IMG/VR virus record: IMGVR_UViG_3300005731_000035 | Span: 1 to 31,237 of that record | Length of the DNA: 31,237 bases | DNA from: a virus | Lineage: Duplodnaviria > Caudoviricetes | Direction: 5' to 3' (one strand) | Part shown: in pieces, positions 8,366-18,493 of the stretch | Numbering within the stretch: position 1 is the first letter of the stretch | Layout of the letters: each line of letters starts with the position of its first letter | The notes under the pieces: generated by a model | The model's database searches: none | Told to the model about the DNA's origin: nothing | What the model saw: the letters and a program-made list of their open reading frames with translations, nothing else | Made by a program: the position numbers and the translations under genes

Positions 8366-8913
8366 TGGCTAACAATAGAATAACAATAAAATTATCACCA
8401 GCAGAACGTAAAAAACTTGAAAACAAATTAAATTCAGAAACGTTTAAAAAATTGGTGGCGTTGGACGTTAAAATTGTTAGTATTGACGCAGAATTAAACG
8501 CAAAAAAATTAGCACCAAAAAATTTGGGTAATTTACGAAACAGTATAAGCGCAAAACAAGTTGACGACTTAAATTGGCAATTATTGGCCAGCGAAATTTA
8601 TGCGCCTTTTGTGGAGTTTGGAACAGGCGGAAAGGTAGACGGAACAGGCAAGTTAAAGATACCAAAAGGATTTAAAAAGTTTGCAGAACAGTTTAAAAAT
8701 AGCGCAACAGGCTCATTTGAGGACGGTTTAATATCAATTAAAAGTTGGTGCAGAAACAAAGGTATTGACGAAAAATTTGCATATCCAATTTTAGTATCAT
8801 TAATTAATTACGGCATGGAGGCACAGCCTTATATGATACCGTCATTAAAAATTGCACAAAGCCAATTGCGTCGTCGTATAAAGAAAACAATTAAAGATTT
8901 TGGGAAAAAATGA
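8365..8913 (+). CDS. HK97 gp10-like tail completion protein
   Basis: AKKLAP.N.GNLRNSI, YAPFVEFGT, AQPYM.P. Confidence 0.85.
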   Translation: MANNRITIKLSPAERKKLENKLNSETFKKLVALDVKIVSIDAELNAKKLAPKNLGNLRNSISAKQVDDLNWQLLASEIYAPFVEFGTGGKVDGTGKLKIPKGFKKFAEQFKNSATGSFEDGLISIKSWCRNKGIDEKFAYPILVSLINYGMEAQPYMIPSLKIAQSQLRRRIKKTIKDFGKK

Positions 8914-9353
8914 TTTTAAAAACATTACCGGACAAATATATTAGGCAAAGTATAATTGATTTATTTATTAAAAGCAATATTACAGACTTTTTTGACAGTC
9001 GTCATTTTGTTGAAAATAGCGGTTTTTTAAATGGCAATCCTTATATTTTATTGAGCGTACAAAGCAACAGCGTTGAAAATACAAAATGCGAAAATTATTG
9101 GCTTAGTGACATTAGGATTGAAGTTTGTCAATACTTTAATAGCACAGGAAACGCGATTAATCGTGCGCCTGTTGAGGATAAGTTAAACGAGGTTATACTA
9201 GCCTTAAACGGTTTAGAAAATACAGGGTTATCGTCACCGGATTTTTTAAAAATATTGACAACAAAATTTAATATTCCGACAGACATTGTAACGCCGGGTT
9301 TGAACAAATCTATTATTAGAAAAATATTGACTATTGAAATGAAAATAGCTTAA
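8910..9353 (+). CDS. Putative tail terminator protein
   Basis: Size, PYILL motif, and position between gp10-like and tail tube genes. Confidence 0.6.
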   Translation: MILKTLPDKYIRQSIIDLFIKSNITDFFDSRHFVENSGFLNGNPYILLSVQSNSVENTKCENYWLSDIRIEVCQYFNSTGNAINRAPVEDKLNEVILALNGLENTGLSSPDFLKILTTKFNIPTDIVTPGLNKSIIRKILTIEMKIA

Positions 9354-9364
9354 AAAAATATTAT

Positions 9365-9372
9365 TAACTTTA
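9365..9372 (+). promoter_or_regulatory. TAACTTTA -7-like promoter element
   Basis: Intergenic, 21 nt before the tail tube ATG. Confidence 0.55.
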
Positions 9373-9393
9373 TAACCAAAATTTAAAACAATT

Positions 9394-9855
9394 ATGGCAG
9401 ATTTTATTAAAGGTGACGTTGGTATTTTATACGTTTACGACACAGTTGCAACAGCATATAAGCCGGTTGCATGTTTGACGTCAAATTCATTGAGTACGAC
9501 GTTAGGAATTATTGAAACACAAACAAAATGCGACCCGGGCGAAACTATTAAGGGCGCTGGGAGTTTCAATTACAATTTATCTTTAGAGGGTAATTATATT
9601 GACACAACAAGCGTTGGCGGTGACACAGCAAAAGCGTCGCATGACTTTTTATTAGGTTTACAACAAAATCAAGCGACAGGCTCAATTGGTTTAATCAATT
9701 GGAAACTTGACACAGGTTTAGCAGATACGCCCGATTATTACGGTTTTGCAATCATTTCAGAATTGGAGGCAGATTTTCCAACAGGTGATGAATTTGCGAC
9801 CTTTACAGGCACGTTTGAGGGTAGTGGCGCTGTATTAACAAGCGACCCGGTATAA
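9394..9855 (+). CDS. Major tail tube protein
   Basis: IKG..L..VAC.TS.SLS...IET.TK; Y.G.AII..L...P..E.ATF.GTF.GSG; followed by the chaperone pair and tape measure. Confidence 0.88.
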   Translation: MADFIKGDVGILYVYDTVATAYKPVACLTSNSLSTTLGIIETQTKCDPGETIKGAGSFNYNLSLEGNYIDTTSVGGDTAKASHDFLLGLQQNQATGSIGLINWKLDTGLADTPDYYGFAIISELEADFPTGDEFATFTGTFEGSGAVLTSDPV

Positions 9856-9881
9856 AAAAATAGCTAATTTTAAAACAGAAA

Positions 9882-10292
9882 ATGATGAGTATAATCAGCA
9901 AAAACAAGGTTGAAATAAAAGTTGACGGCGAAAACAAAACATTTTGGTTAGGCATGGGCGCAATTGGTTTGTATTTGGACAATGTAAAAAAAGACGGAAT
10001 TGTTTTAGACAATTTGATTGAACGTTTACAGGAAAATCCGTTTAGCGTTGTCCCTAGATTAATGTATTATTGCTATGCTTATGGATTTGTTAGACAAGGC
10101 AAAAACGTTGATATAACACCGTATATTGTCAGCGAGTGGATTGATGAAAACGGAGGTTTGAGTGGTACAATTTTTAAAGAGTTTATTGACGCATTTACTA
10201 AAAGTTTAAGTCAAGGTGTACCGCAAGAGGCAACGGAAACACCAAAAGGACAGCCAATTAAAAAAGCTAAAAAGCCGGGAAAGCAGAAGTAG
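9882..10292 (+). CDS. Tail assembly chaperone (lambda G-like)
   Basis: Between tail tube and tape measure; ends just after slippery site G GGA AAG. Confidence 0.85.
   Translation: MMSIISKNKVEIKVDGENKTFWLGMGAIGLYLDNVKKDGIVLDNLIERLQENPFSVVPRLMYYCYAYGFVRQGKNVDITPYIVSEWIDENGGLSGTIFKEFIDAFTKSLSQGVPQEATETPKGQPIKKAKKPGKQK
10277..10283 (+). promoter_or_regulatory. -1 programmed ribosomal frameshift site GGGAAAG
   Basis: In-frame ccG GGA AAG; the -1 frame is open and continuous with ORF 10334..10630. Confidence 0.9.
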
Positions 10293-10630
10293 GCGATTTT
10301 GTTAGCGAATACATTTCGTTTGCATTAGTTGAGTTGGGAGTTAACGACTTAAACAAGGTTTATGAAATGACAATTGCAGAGTACAGAATACGCAGACATG
10401 GTTATATTAGACAACAGCAACATGATTGGGCAAAATTTAGATTAGTTGCTTATAATACGTTATTGTCGTTTAATATAAACGCAAAAAAAATACCGAAATC
10501 ACCGGAAAAAATGTTGTCGTTACCACTTGTTGACAATGCTAAAAAAGAACAAACAACAGAGGAAATGGCAGAAAAATTTAAAGATGCTGTAAAACAATAT
10601 AACAAACTGAAAAACCTAAAACGTGAGTGA
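10283..10630 (+). CDS. Frameshifted tail chaperone extension (lambda T-like)
   Basis: -1 frame reads AEVGDFVSEYISFALVELGVNDLNKVYEMTIAEY... Confidence 0.85.
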   Translation, partial: AEVGDFVSEYISFALVELGVNDLNKVYEMTIAEYRIRRHGYIRQQQHDWAKFRLVAYNTLLSFNINAKKIPKSPEKMLSLPLVDNAKKEQTTEEMAEKFKDAVKQYNKLKNLKRE

Positions 10631-12326
10631 TTTTAAATTTGATATAGGCGCAAATGTTGACGAGGTTACAAAGGCCTTGGACAAGGTAAAAAAAGACGTC
10701 AGCGGTTTAGAAACAATCTTAAAATCAGTTGCAAACACAGCTATATTTGACAAACTTGATAAAGAAACAGGCGGTTTTGCCAGCAAAGTTGTCGATTTAG
10801 GAAAGTCAATAAAAGACAGTTTAGGCGAGGTTAAAAATACCGACGGAGTTGATATATTTAAACAAATAAAACTTGCCATAACAAATGCGACGCGTGGCAC
10901 GTTAGGTTTACAAAAGGCGTGGAAACTAGCAAAAGTTGCCGTTGGTGCATTTAGAGTTGCTTTAATATCAACAGGAATTGGCGCGCTGGTCGTCGCTGTT
11001 GGTTTGTTAGTTGGATATTGGGACGACATTGTTTCATTAGTTTCCGGCGTAAGTAAAGAAACAGCCAAGTTAACCAAAGATTTGGCAGAGCAAGAGAAAA
11101 CACAAAAAAGAGCCTTAACGTTATTAAATAGCAGTACAAATACTTTAAAGTTACAAGGCAAAAGTCAACTTGAAATAAACAGATTAAAACAAAAGGAATT
11201 AGAGTCTTTAATACTTATAAAAAAGGCTCAAATATCCAATTTTCGCGATACATTAAATCAATTACAAGGGCGTCAAGACTCAATAAAAAAAGTCATTGAC
11301 TCAGTTGTTGGTTTTATTAATACCGCTATTAGTGGTATTCAATTACTTTACAGGACAGCAATTGGCGGTTTAATAACATTAATAAATAAAATACCGGGTA
11401 TTGAAATTGACGTTGAAAAAGCAGTTTCCGGAGTTGATGCAGTATTTAATACAGCAAAAGACGGAATACGAAAAATAGGCGATTTTGTTTTACCGGATTT
11501 AGGAATTACAGATTTAAAAGAACAATTAGAGGACGCAGAATTAGAGGCCGTAAAATTGCAGAATACATTAGACGGTTTAAAATTAGACGAGCAAAAAATA
11601 TTAAGCGAGCAAGTTGACAGGCCTAAAGATTTAAAACCAATACAAGTTTCAATTGAGCCTGTTGGAAATACACAGGCGTTTGTTGACACATATTTAAACA
11701 CGTTAAATCAAATTCAAGCCGGGACAAGCGCGGTTTTTGCAAATACAAACGTCATAATTAGTGAGGGCTTTATTCAACAAGCGTTAGCGTTACAAACTTT
11801 TGTTGACAACGTAAATGATTTAATACAAAACAGTTTGGTTAGTAGTTTTAATCAGTTAGGCGAAAGCATAGGTCAAGCATTAGCAAGTGGAACAAATATA
11901 GTTGGTGCAATTGGTAAAGGTTTAATAAAATCATTAGGTAAATTTATTAGTGATTTTGGTAGTTTACTTATAAAATACGCATTGACAGCCAAGGCATTTG
12001 CTAAATTACAAATAGCTCTAAAAAGTGGAAATCCGGCTTTAACAATCGGCGCGTCAATAGGTTTATTAGCGTTAGGGGTAGTTTTAAAGGGTATAGGTAG
12101 CGCAATTGCGTCGTCAGCTGGTGGCGGTAGCGGAGGCGGTGGCGGAGGCGGTGCGTCGTCGTCAAGTGGCGGAGGCGTTTCAAATAATACGTCAAGGTCA
12201 ACAACATTTCAAGGTGACGGCGGAGGCAGAGTTGTTTTTGAAATTGCTGGCGACAAATTGATTGGAGTAATTAACAACAGTTTAAGTGCAAATGACAGAA
12301 TTGGCGCTGGACAAAATATTGATTAA
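10623..12326 (+). CDS. Tape measure protein (short, 567 aa)
   Basis: FDIGAN N-terminus, helical Ala/Gly-rich body, ISTGIGALVVAVG, C-terminal VVFEIAGDKLIGV. Confidence 0.9.
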   Translation: MSDFKFDIGANVDEVTKALDKVKKDVSGLETILKSVANTAIFDKLDKETGGFASKVVDLGKSIKDSLGEVKNTDGVDIFKQIKLAITNATRGTLGLQKAWKLAKVAVGAFRVALISTGIGALVVAVGLLVGYWDDIVSLVSGVSKETAKLTKDLAEQEKTQKRALTLLNSSTNTLKLQGKSQLEINRLKQKELESLILIKKAQISNFRDTLNQLQGRQDSIKKVIDSVVGFINTAISGIQLLYRTAIGGLITLINKIPGIEIDVEKAVSGVDAVFNTAKDGIRKIGDFVLPDLGITDLKEQLEDAELEAVKLQNTLDGLKLDEQKILSEQVDRPKDLKPIQVSIEPVGNTQAFVDTYLNTLNQIQAGTSAVFANTNVIISEGFIQQALALQTFVDNVNDLIQNSLVSSFNQLGESIGQALASGTNIVGAIGKGLIKSLGKFISDFGSLLIKYALTAKAFAKLQIALKSGNPALTIGASIGLLALGVVLKGIGSAIASSAGGGSGGGGGGGASSSSGGGVSNNTSRSTTFQGDGGGRVVFEIAGDKLIGVINNSLSANDRIGAGQNID

Positions 12327-14278
12327 TGGCGGAATATGTTAGAGTAGCTTATAAAGACATTTTTAACGACGAGTGGGCGTTGGAAATACTTGACGATACA
12401 TATAGCGGTACAGTCATTTTAAAGACAGGCAGAGTCGTTATAAACCGTAAAAAAGTTAAAGTCATGGACGCCATGAGAGGAATGAGTCTTGACATTTTTT
12501 TAGATGCACAAAAGGACGACACGACCTATGACAGATTTATTTCCACAATTGGCGATAAAAAATTTCCTGTAAAACTTAAAAAAAATAATACCGAAATAAT
12601 TTTTAATGGCTTTTTAGACGTTGACGGTATAATTGAGTCATTTGTTCAAGACCGTTGGATAATAAAATTAACAGCAATTGACGGTTTAGGATATTTAGAA
12701 AATACGTTGTATTTAGACCCGAACGGCAATCAATATCGAGGACAGGAAATAGAATTAAAAATTTTAGCGCGTTGTTTACAATTGACAGGCCAACAAATGA
12801 ATTTTAGGCTATTTCAAGACACGTTGGTTTATAGGACAGACCCTGGCGGTTTTCAATTGTTTTCAAAGGCTATAATAACTACTCGAATAAACCAAGAGCG
12901 TTTTAGAAACACCGACCAAGACGAAACACCGTTTAACGTTAAAAAGGTAATTGAGGGCGTTTTGGTAAAATATGGCTATACCGTTTGGCAACAAAACAAT
13001 TATTGGTATGTCGCAAGAATACGCGATTATTGGGGTCAGTTTAGTACAATAAGTTTTAAGGAATACGATTTGGACGGAAATTTTGTTTCAGAAACTTTGT
13101 CATACGACAGAAACGCAACTTTAGGCAGTCAAATCAATGGTTTTTTTCCGCATCATGCAAAAGCAAATCAACAAAAACGTTACACCAGCGCATTAGGTGC
13201 TTTTAAGGTTTTATATACTTACGGTTTTGTTGCAACTTTAATTCAAAACAGCAACGTTTTATTTACAAATTCAAATCCGGACATTATATCAAATTGGGAT
13301 ATTGTCGGAAATGATTATAATTTAATACCGTCAGCAACAGGAACGACGTTTTTTGCGCAAATAGACACGACAATAAATTCTTTTATCTCGCCAATTTTAC
13401 AAATAACACCGCAATTATTTTATCCATATTCAAATGGTAGCGAGGTTATCGAAGCCGACATTTTAAAGGTAGAAATTACAGGCAATGTAACATTAAGAGG
13501 TCGAAATATTGAATGTTATATTCAAATATATGTAACAGATTTAACAGATACATATTATTTGGACGACGACGGCTCATGGCACAATTCACCGAAAATTATA
13601 CAACTTGCCAAGGTAAGAGGTCAACAGGTTAATGAGGTTGTTGCTAATTTTAAAACTGAAATAACGACGGCTGGAGTACCTATTAACGGAAACATAGAGA
13701 TAAATATTTATGACGGTTTACATAGGGATATATTATGGTTTGGTAGTGGTAATCGACAATCATTTTACACAATTACCAACATAACGATTAATGGGTCACC
13801 AAATCAAGGCGTTACCGGTGAGTCATGGACAGGCACAAAAACGAGCGACGAAGTTGCAATTGTTGACACAGAGCAAAAGGTTTACAGCGGTGATAATGCC
13901 AGCGATATTTATATAGGTGTGATTGAAACTGCTAGCGGTGATAATACCTTTGTTTGGGCGCGACAAATACCGCAAATTGACCAAACAGAGCAATGGCCAT
14001 TGTTGTATTGGCTAGCCTTTACACGAATGGAAATGTCCTTTGGAAATCAACTTAATTTTAAAGGCGGTATATATGGATATTTACCTTATGGCAGAAAATT
14101 AACTATTGATAATATCGACGGCGTATTTATGACAATACAGATGAAATACGACACGATTAACGGTATAATGGAGGCAGAACATATAAGAATATATAACGAC
14201 CGTAAAAGTCCACAGAACGAAATTTATGTTGAATTTAGTTTGGAGGGCGACAACGTTGTAAAACCGGCTATTGAATAA
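12326..14278 (+). CDS. Tail tip/baseplate hub-type protein
   Basis: Follows tape measure; beta-rich; F.GFL..L.AIDGLG.L pattern. Confidence 0.7.
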   Translation: MAEYVRVAYKDIFNDEWALEILDDTYSGTVILKTGRVVINRKKVKVMDAMRGMSLDIFLDAQKDDTTYDRFISTIGDKKFPVKLKKNNTEIIFNGFLDVDGIIESFVQDRWIIKLTAIDGLGYLENTLYLDPNGNQYRGQEIELKILARCLQLTGQQMNFRLFQDTLVYRTDPGGFQLFSKAIITTRINQERFRNTDQDETPFNVKKVIEGVLVKYGYTVWQQNNYWYVARIRDYWGQFSTISFKEYDLDGNFVSETLSYDRNATLGSQINGFFPHHAKANQQKRYTSALGAFKVLYTYGFVATLIQNSNVLFTNSNPDIISNWDIVGNDYNLIPSATGTTFFAQIDTTINSFISPILQITPQLFYPYSNGSEVIEADILKVEITGNVTLRGRNIECYIQIYVTDLTDTYYLDDDGSWHNSPKIIQLAKVRGQQVNEVVANFKTEITTAGVPINGNIEINIYDGLHRDILWFGSGNRQSFYTITNITINGSPNQGVTGESWTGTKTSDEVAIVDTEQKVYSGDNASDIYIGVIETASGDNTFVWARQIPQIDQTEQWPLLYWLAFTRMEMSFGNQLNFKGGIYGYLPYGRKLTIDNIDGVFMTIQMKYDTINGIMEAEHIRIYNDRKSPQNEIYVEFSLEGDNVVKPAIE

Positions 14279-14284
14279 ATTTCT

Positions 14285-14292
14285 TAACTTTA
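14285..14292 (+). promoter_or_regulatory. TAACTTTA -7-like promoter element
   Basis: In an 18-nt intergenic gap, 4 nt before ATG 14297. Confidence 0.5.
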
Positions 14293-14296
14293 CGAC

Positions 14297-14794
14297 ATGA
14301 GTACATTTTATAACGGTGGCAGACGAATATTATATATAAAAGACAACGGCGTTTTTAAACCTGTTGCGTGCTTAACATCAAATTCATTTCAAGAGCAAAG
14401 CGAAATAATTGAAACAACGACGTTGGACAATGCCGGTTGGAAAACAGCAACACCAACAAATCAAGGTTACGCAATTGACTTTAGCGGTATTCAAATTGCA
14501 ACATGGCCCGGAGTGGGTGACACGTCAAAATTATCTTATGACCGTTTGAAATCAATAAAACGAGCGCGTGAAATATTTGATTGGGAGATTAGAAATTTAA
14601 TCAACCTGGAGGTTGATTTTGGACAGGGTTTTATTTCATCAATTAGTGAAGAGGCAAACAACGACGAATTTTTAAGTTTTAGCGGTCAAATTGTTGGATA
14701 TGGCAGACCAATATTTAGCACAGGCGACAGCGTGACTTTTGACAGTACGTTAATAACATGGGACGACACAAACGTAACATTTGACCAAGAATAA
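14297..14794 (+). CDS. Second tail-tube-like protein (paralogue of 9394..9855)
   Basis: FKPVACLTSNSF..IIETTT vs YKPVACLTSNSL..IIETQT; EFLSFSG.I.G.G vs EFATFTG.F.GSG. Confidence 0.85.
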   Translation: MSTFYNGGRRILYIKDNGVFKPVACLTSNSFQEQSEIIETTTLDNAGWKTATPTNQGYAIDFSGIQIATWPGVGDTSKLSYDRLKSIKRAREIFDWEIRNLINLEVDFGQGFISSISEEANNDEFLSFSGQIVGYGRPIFSTGDSVTFDSTLITWDDTNVTFDQE

Positions 14795-14797
14795 AAA

Positions 14798-15250
14798 ATG
14801 AGTGTAATTACATTATTAGATTTAGGCGCAAATCCAAACGACGGACAGGGCGACCCATTGCGTACAGGCGGACAAGAAATTAATACAAATTTTACAAATC
14901 TTAACCTGGATAAATTAGAGCGCGGAGGTTATAGCGGAACGGCACAACAGCTAAAAGATGAAATTGATGCTATACAAGCCGGAAACGTAACGTTAGCTGG
15001 TAATAACGCATTTACAGGCAGTAACAGTTTTGCAACATTAACAACGTTTTTGTCCGGTATAGACGTAACAGGCGCGTCAGTTTTTTCTAGTGACGTATTG
15101 TTTGAAAATGGTATAAGAATGAATACCGGAACATTAAATATTTCCGGCCCTACACAAGTTCAAACAAATTTAGGAAAGTTTGGAGTAACAGGTACATTTG
15201 TAATTGACGGAACAACTTTAAATTTTGAAAAAGGAATATTAGTAAATTAA
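14798..15250 (+). CDS. Short tail fibre/baseplate appendage
   Basis: DLGANPNDGQGDPLR..IN.NF anchor (T4 gp9/gp10-like N-terminus); N.FTG.N.F fibre repeats. Confidence 0.7.
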   Translation: MSVITLLDLGANPNDGQGDPLRTGGQEINTNFTNLNLDKLERGGYSGTAQQLKDEIDAIQAGNVTLAGNNAFTGSNSFATLTTFLSGIDVTGASVFSSDVLFENGIRMNTGTLNISGPTQVQTNLGKFGVTGTFVIDGTTLNFEKGILVN

Positions 15251-15255
15251 ATAAC

Positions 15256-15441
15256 ATGAAAACAGAGAGCAAAGACGTAAAAAAAAAGACTCAACAAGAG
15301 GACAAAAAAGAAACTTACAACATGGTTGTCGAGTTGGTAAAATTTTTAAACCTAGCGAACACAAAAGGCGCTTTTAATTTACAAGAGTCAGCGCATGTTG
15401 GGACAATTGCAAATCAATTGTTAGAAAAATATAAAGAATAG
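15256..15441 (+). CDS. Small hypothetical protein, possible fibre chaperone
   Basis: Between two fibre genes; tightly coupled; A..KGAF.L.E motif. Confidence 0.55.
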   Translation: MKTESKDVKKKTQQEDKKETYNMVVELVKFLNLANTKGAFNLQESAHVGTIANQLLEKYKE

Positions 15442-15444
15442 AAA

Positions 15445-17205
15445 ATGTCAGTAATAATACCAGTTGATTTAGGCACAGTACCGAACGACGGTACAGGCGA
15501 CCCGTTAAGAGTTGGCGGACAAAGCATAAACACAAATTTTGCAAATTTAAACGCAGACAAATTAGAGTCCGGTGGATATGGTGGCACAGGTCAAGACTTA
15601 TTTAATTTGCTAAATGGTAAAGTCAGTAAAACAGGCGACACCATGACCGGTGATTTAATTATGCAAGGCGTTAATATTAAAAGTCCAACAGCAACATTGA
15701 CGTTGGGTAGTCAGAATATTTTATATGCAGACATTACAGTTAATGACGCGGAATATTTATTGGCAGTTGGTAAAACTTTAAACGTCACAGGTCAAACAAA
15801 AAACACAGCGTTATTTGGTTTGTCAAATACTTTAGGTAATACGCAAATTATCCAAAATTGTATTGTTGGCGGTGAATTAAACACTATTGACGGAACGGCA
15901 GACGACAGTATTATAAGCGGTGAGGGAAATACGCATACTGCGTTGGCGTCATTTACAATAGGCGAGGATAATACCAATATTGGCAGATTTAATGTCGTTT
16001 CGGGTTTAAATAATTTGATTAATGGCGACAGCAATATTATATCCGGAAATGAAAATAATGCCATTGCATGTAATAACAATTTAATTGTTGGGAGTTCTAA
16101 CGGTTTAGGGTTTTTAAGTAACGGCAATATAATCGGAGGCAAAGACAATCAAACATTTACGCCGTCGAGTAATAATATAATGGGCGGTACAAATAACCAA
16201 TCAATTTTAGGCAGTTCGTTTGTAATTGGACAGGATAACACAGCAAACGCGTTAAATCTTATGATTGGTGGTGATAGCAATAACTGTAACGGTAATAATT
16301 CAATTGTTGGTGGTAATAACAATAGTGTTTCCGGTGGCCCAAATAATTTTGTAATAGGTACATCAAATTTGCTAAATGGTGAAAATTCAATTGTTTCCGG
16401 TTTAAACAATCAGTCACTAGCTTTTGTTGAATATGTTTCAATGATTGGTGAGGGCCTACAAAGTCAAAAAGACAATGAACATATATTTGGTACATATAAT
16501 GCACCAACAACGGACGGCTTGTTTACAATTGGTTACGGAACAAATATTAGCAGAAAAAATTCTTTTGTTGCGACCGACTTAGGTCATATAAGTTTGCCAG
16601 CAATAGAAAATGAATATAAAAATGATGCAGATGCATTTACAAATGGCGGTTATGTAGAGCAAGAAGTTTATAGTACATACGGCGGTAAATTACAAATTAG
16701 CCAAAAAAGAACTATAACAACGAATAACAATGTTATTGGCAACATGTTAAGTTATTCCGGGTCATTTATAAATTTTGGTAGTGCCAGCGGTAGCGTTTTT
16801 CCAACAGACGGTGACTCATGTCAATTTGGAGTTGCGCCGTCAGCGTTAGCAGACCATGTTGGTAATTTAGCAATAAGTTACGACGCGTACATTAGCAAGG
16901 TAAGTTGTAAATGGTCGTCTGGTGACGACTTTGTTACAGACGTTGGTACAGCCGTTGTAAGTTTTAAATTTTACGAATGTCAAATAAATGACGACGTTAC
17001 ATTACCAGCGTCATGGACATTAATACATACGTTGACGACAACATGGGACAATACAAGTGGCTCGAGTCCCGGATTTGTTGAGGACGTTTTACCTAGCAAT
17101 GTAATAATTGACGCAAATACTTTAATTGCTTTTGTTGCAGAAACAACGGTTAATTTTGCACAAAATGAGGAGGTTGAGGTTACATTAATTTTAGAAAATA
17201 GATAA
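15445..17205 (+). CDS. Long tail fibre/spike with beta-helical (GxxN) repeats
   Basis: Same N-terminal anchor as 14798; VSKTGDTMTGDL; ~14-aa (I/V)xGxxN repeats; FTIG.G...RKN.F. Confidence 0.85.
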   Translation: MSVIIPVDLGTVPNDGTGDPLRVGGQSINTNFANLNADKLESGGYGGTGQDLFNLLNGKVSKTGDTMTGDLIMQGVNIKSPTATLTLGSQNILYADITVNDAEYLLAVGKTLNVTGQTKNTALFGLSNTLGNTQIIQNCIVGGELNTIDGTADDSIISGEGNTHTALASFTIGEDNTNIGRFNVVSGLNNLINGDSNIISGNENNAIACNNNLIVGSSNGLGFLSNGNIIGGKDNQTFTPSSNNIMGGTNNQSILGSSFVIGQDNTANALNLMIGGDSNNCNGNNSIVGGNNNSVSGGPNNFVIGTSNLLNGENSIVSGLNNQSLAFVEYVSMIGEGLQSQKDNEHIFGTYNAPTTDGLFTIGYGTNISRKNSFVATDLGHISLPAIENEYKNDADAFTNGGYVEQEVYSTYGGKLQISQKRTITTNNNVIGNMLSYSGSFINFGSASGSVFPTDGDSCQFGVAPSALADHVGNLAISYDAYISKVSCKWSSGDDFVTDVGTAVVSFKFYECQINDDVTLPASWTLIHTLTTTWDNTSGSSPGFVEDVLPSNVIIDANTLIAFVAETTVNFAQNEEVEVTLILENR

Positions 17206-17513
17206 TGAAAATAAATTGGGAAATAAAATCATGTAAAAGACTTAGGGAAAACGGTTTTGTTGTTAAGACAATAATTAATTGTATAGCTACAAACGACCAA
17301 AATACTCAAGCGGTTACAACTTATTATAATAAATACGATTTTACAGGACAGGATTTTGTACCGTTTGAGGATTTAACAAACGACGATATTTTAAATTGGT
17401 TATTTGAAACAATTGACCGTTTTACAGCAGAGTCAAACACCGTAAACAAGTGCGACCAAAGACAAAATGATATTGACAATCCAGCGTTTATAAAAACAAA
17501 TCCAAAAACATGA
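17205..17513 (+). CDS. Putative tail fibre assembly/accessory protein
   Basis: INWEI..; DFVPFEDLT.D.IL.W; directly after the fibre gene. Confidence 0.55.
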   Translation: MKINWEIKSCKRLRENGFVVKTIINCIATNDQNTQAVTTYYNKYDFTGQDFVPFEDLTNDDILNWLFETIDRFTAESNTVNKCDQRQNDIDNPAFIKTNPKT

Positions 17514-17800
17514 TAAAATCAATTTTTAAATACATTGACAACATTTTATTGCATGTCGAAAATCTATTAATTGACGACTTTAAAAAGGTGGTTTTATTGT
17601 TATTATATCAAAATTTAATTTTATTGCCTGTTTATATTTTTAAAGGTCAATTTTGGACGTTTGTTTTTCTGTTATTACCTTTTGCATTTGTCCTTATTTA
17701 CAATGCTGTTTTACTTAAAAGACCATTTCAAAAATTCATTAAGGATTTACTTATTTTAACTTTTTTATATTTGTTACATATTGTCATATTGACATTTTAA
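17510..17800 (+). CDS. Membrane protein, holin candidate
   Basis: About 3 hydrophobic segments; immediately upstream of the endolysin. Confidence 0.55.
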   Translation: MIKSIFKYIDNILLHVENLLIDDFKKVVLLLLYQNLILLPVYIFKGQFWTFVFLLLPFAFVLIYNAVLLKRPFQKFIKDLLILTFLYLLHIVILTF

Positions 17801-17809
17801 CAAATCAAA

Positions 17810-18196
17810 ATGCAGTTAACCAAAAATTTTAAATTAAAAGAATTTCGTTGTAAGTGCGGTAAATGCAACATGAGCAACGAAGTTTTTAGAAACGTGCAAA
17901 ACGTCGCGAACAATTTACAGGTTTTAAGGGACGCATTAAAAACGCCAATACATATAAATTCAGCCGTAAGATGCAAAGACCATAATCAAATGGTAAATGG
18001 CAGTCCAAAATCACAACATTTGTTGGGCAAAGCGGTTGACATTGTTACAAAAAAATTTAGCGTTAATCAAATTTATGACGTTGTTGTCAAATTACGAGAG
18101 CAAGACAAAGTCACGTTTAATGGTATTGGTATTTATAACACGTTTTTACATTTAGATTTAAGGGATAATAAAACAAAGTGGAATTATAAAGGTTGA
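17810..18196 (+). CDS. Endolysin, peptidase M15 family
   Basis: LTKNF..EF.CKCG; INS..RC..HN..V.G...SQHL.GKAVDI; FLHLD. Confidence 0.92.
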   Translation: MQLTKNFKLKEFRCKCGKCNMSNEVFRNVQNVANNLQVLRDALKTPIHINSAVRCKDHNQMVNGSPKSQHLLGKAVDIVTKKFSVNQIYDVVVKLREQDKVTFNGIGIYNTFLHLDLRDNKTKWNYKG

Positions 18197-18199
18197 GAA

Positions 18200-18493
18200 A
18201 TGATTGAATTTTTAAAACAAAACATAGTTGAAATAGTTACAATTTTGGCTGGCGCTGGTGCATGGGGTTATGAGCGTAAAAAAAGACATGCAGAAATAAA
18301 AAAATATGAAACTGAAAATAATAAAGGCATAATGGATTTGTACCAAGAGGCGTTGGACGATTTAAAAAATAGGTACGATGAAAAATTTAAAGAATTAGAG
18401 GCCGAAATTGAAACCTTACGAGCAAATTTGAATTTGGAAAAAAAGAAATACCAGCAGTTAAAAAAGGCGTTTGAAACTTACAAAAAATCTTAA
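18200..18493 (+). CDS. Lysis-cassette membrane-anchored coiled-coil protein (holin-like)
   Basis: N-terminal hydrophobic segment, basic RKKR, long coiled coil. Confidence 0.55.
   Translation: MIEFLKQNIVEIVTILAGAGAWGYERKKRHAEIKKYETENNKGIMDLYQEALDDLKNRYDEKFKELEAEIETLRANLNLEKKKYQQLKKAFETYKKS

Noticed and set aside
12110-12180. GC-rich repeat as a separate element
   Set aside because: It encodes the Gly/Ser linker at the tape measure C-terminus
14798-15610. Diversity-generating retroelement TR/VR pair
   Set aside because: The duplicated segments are coding N-termini, differences are not adenine-specific, and there is no reverse transcriptase
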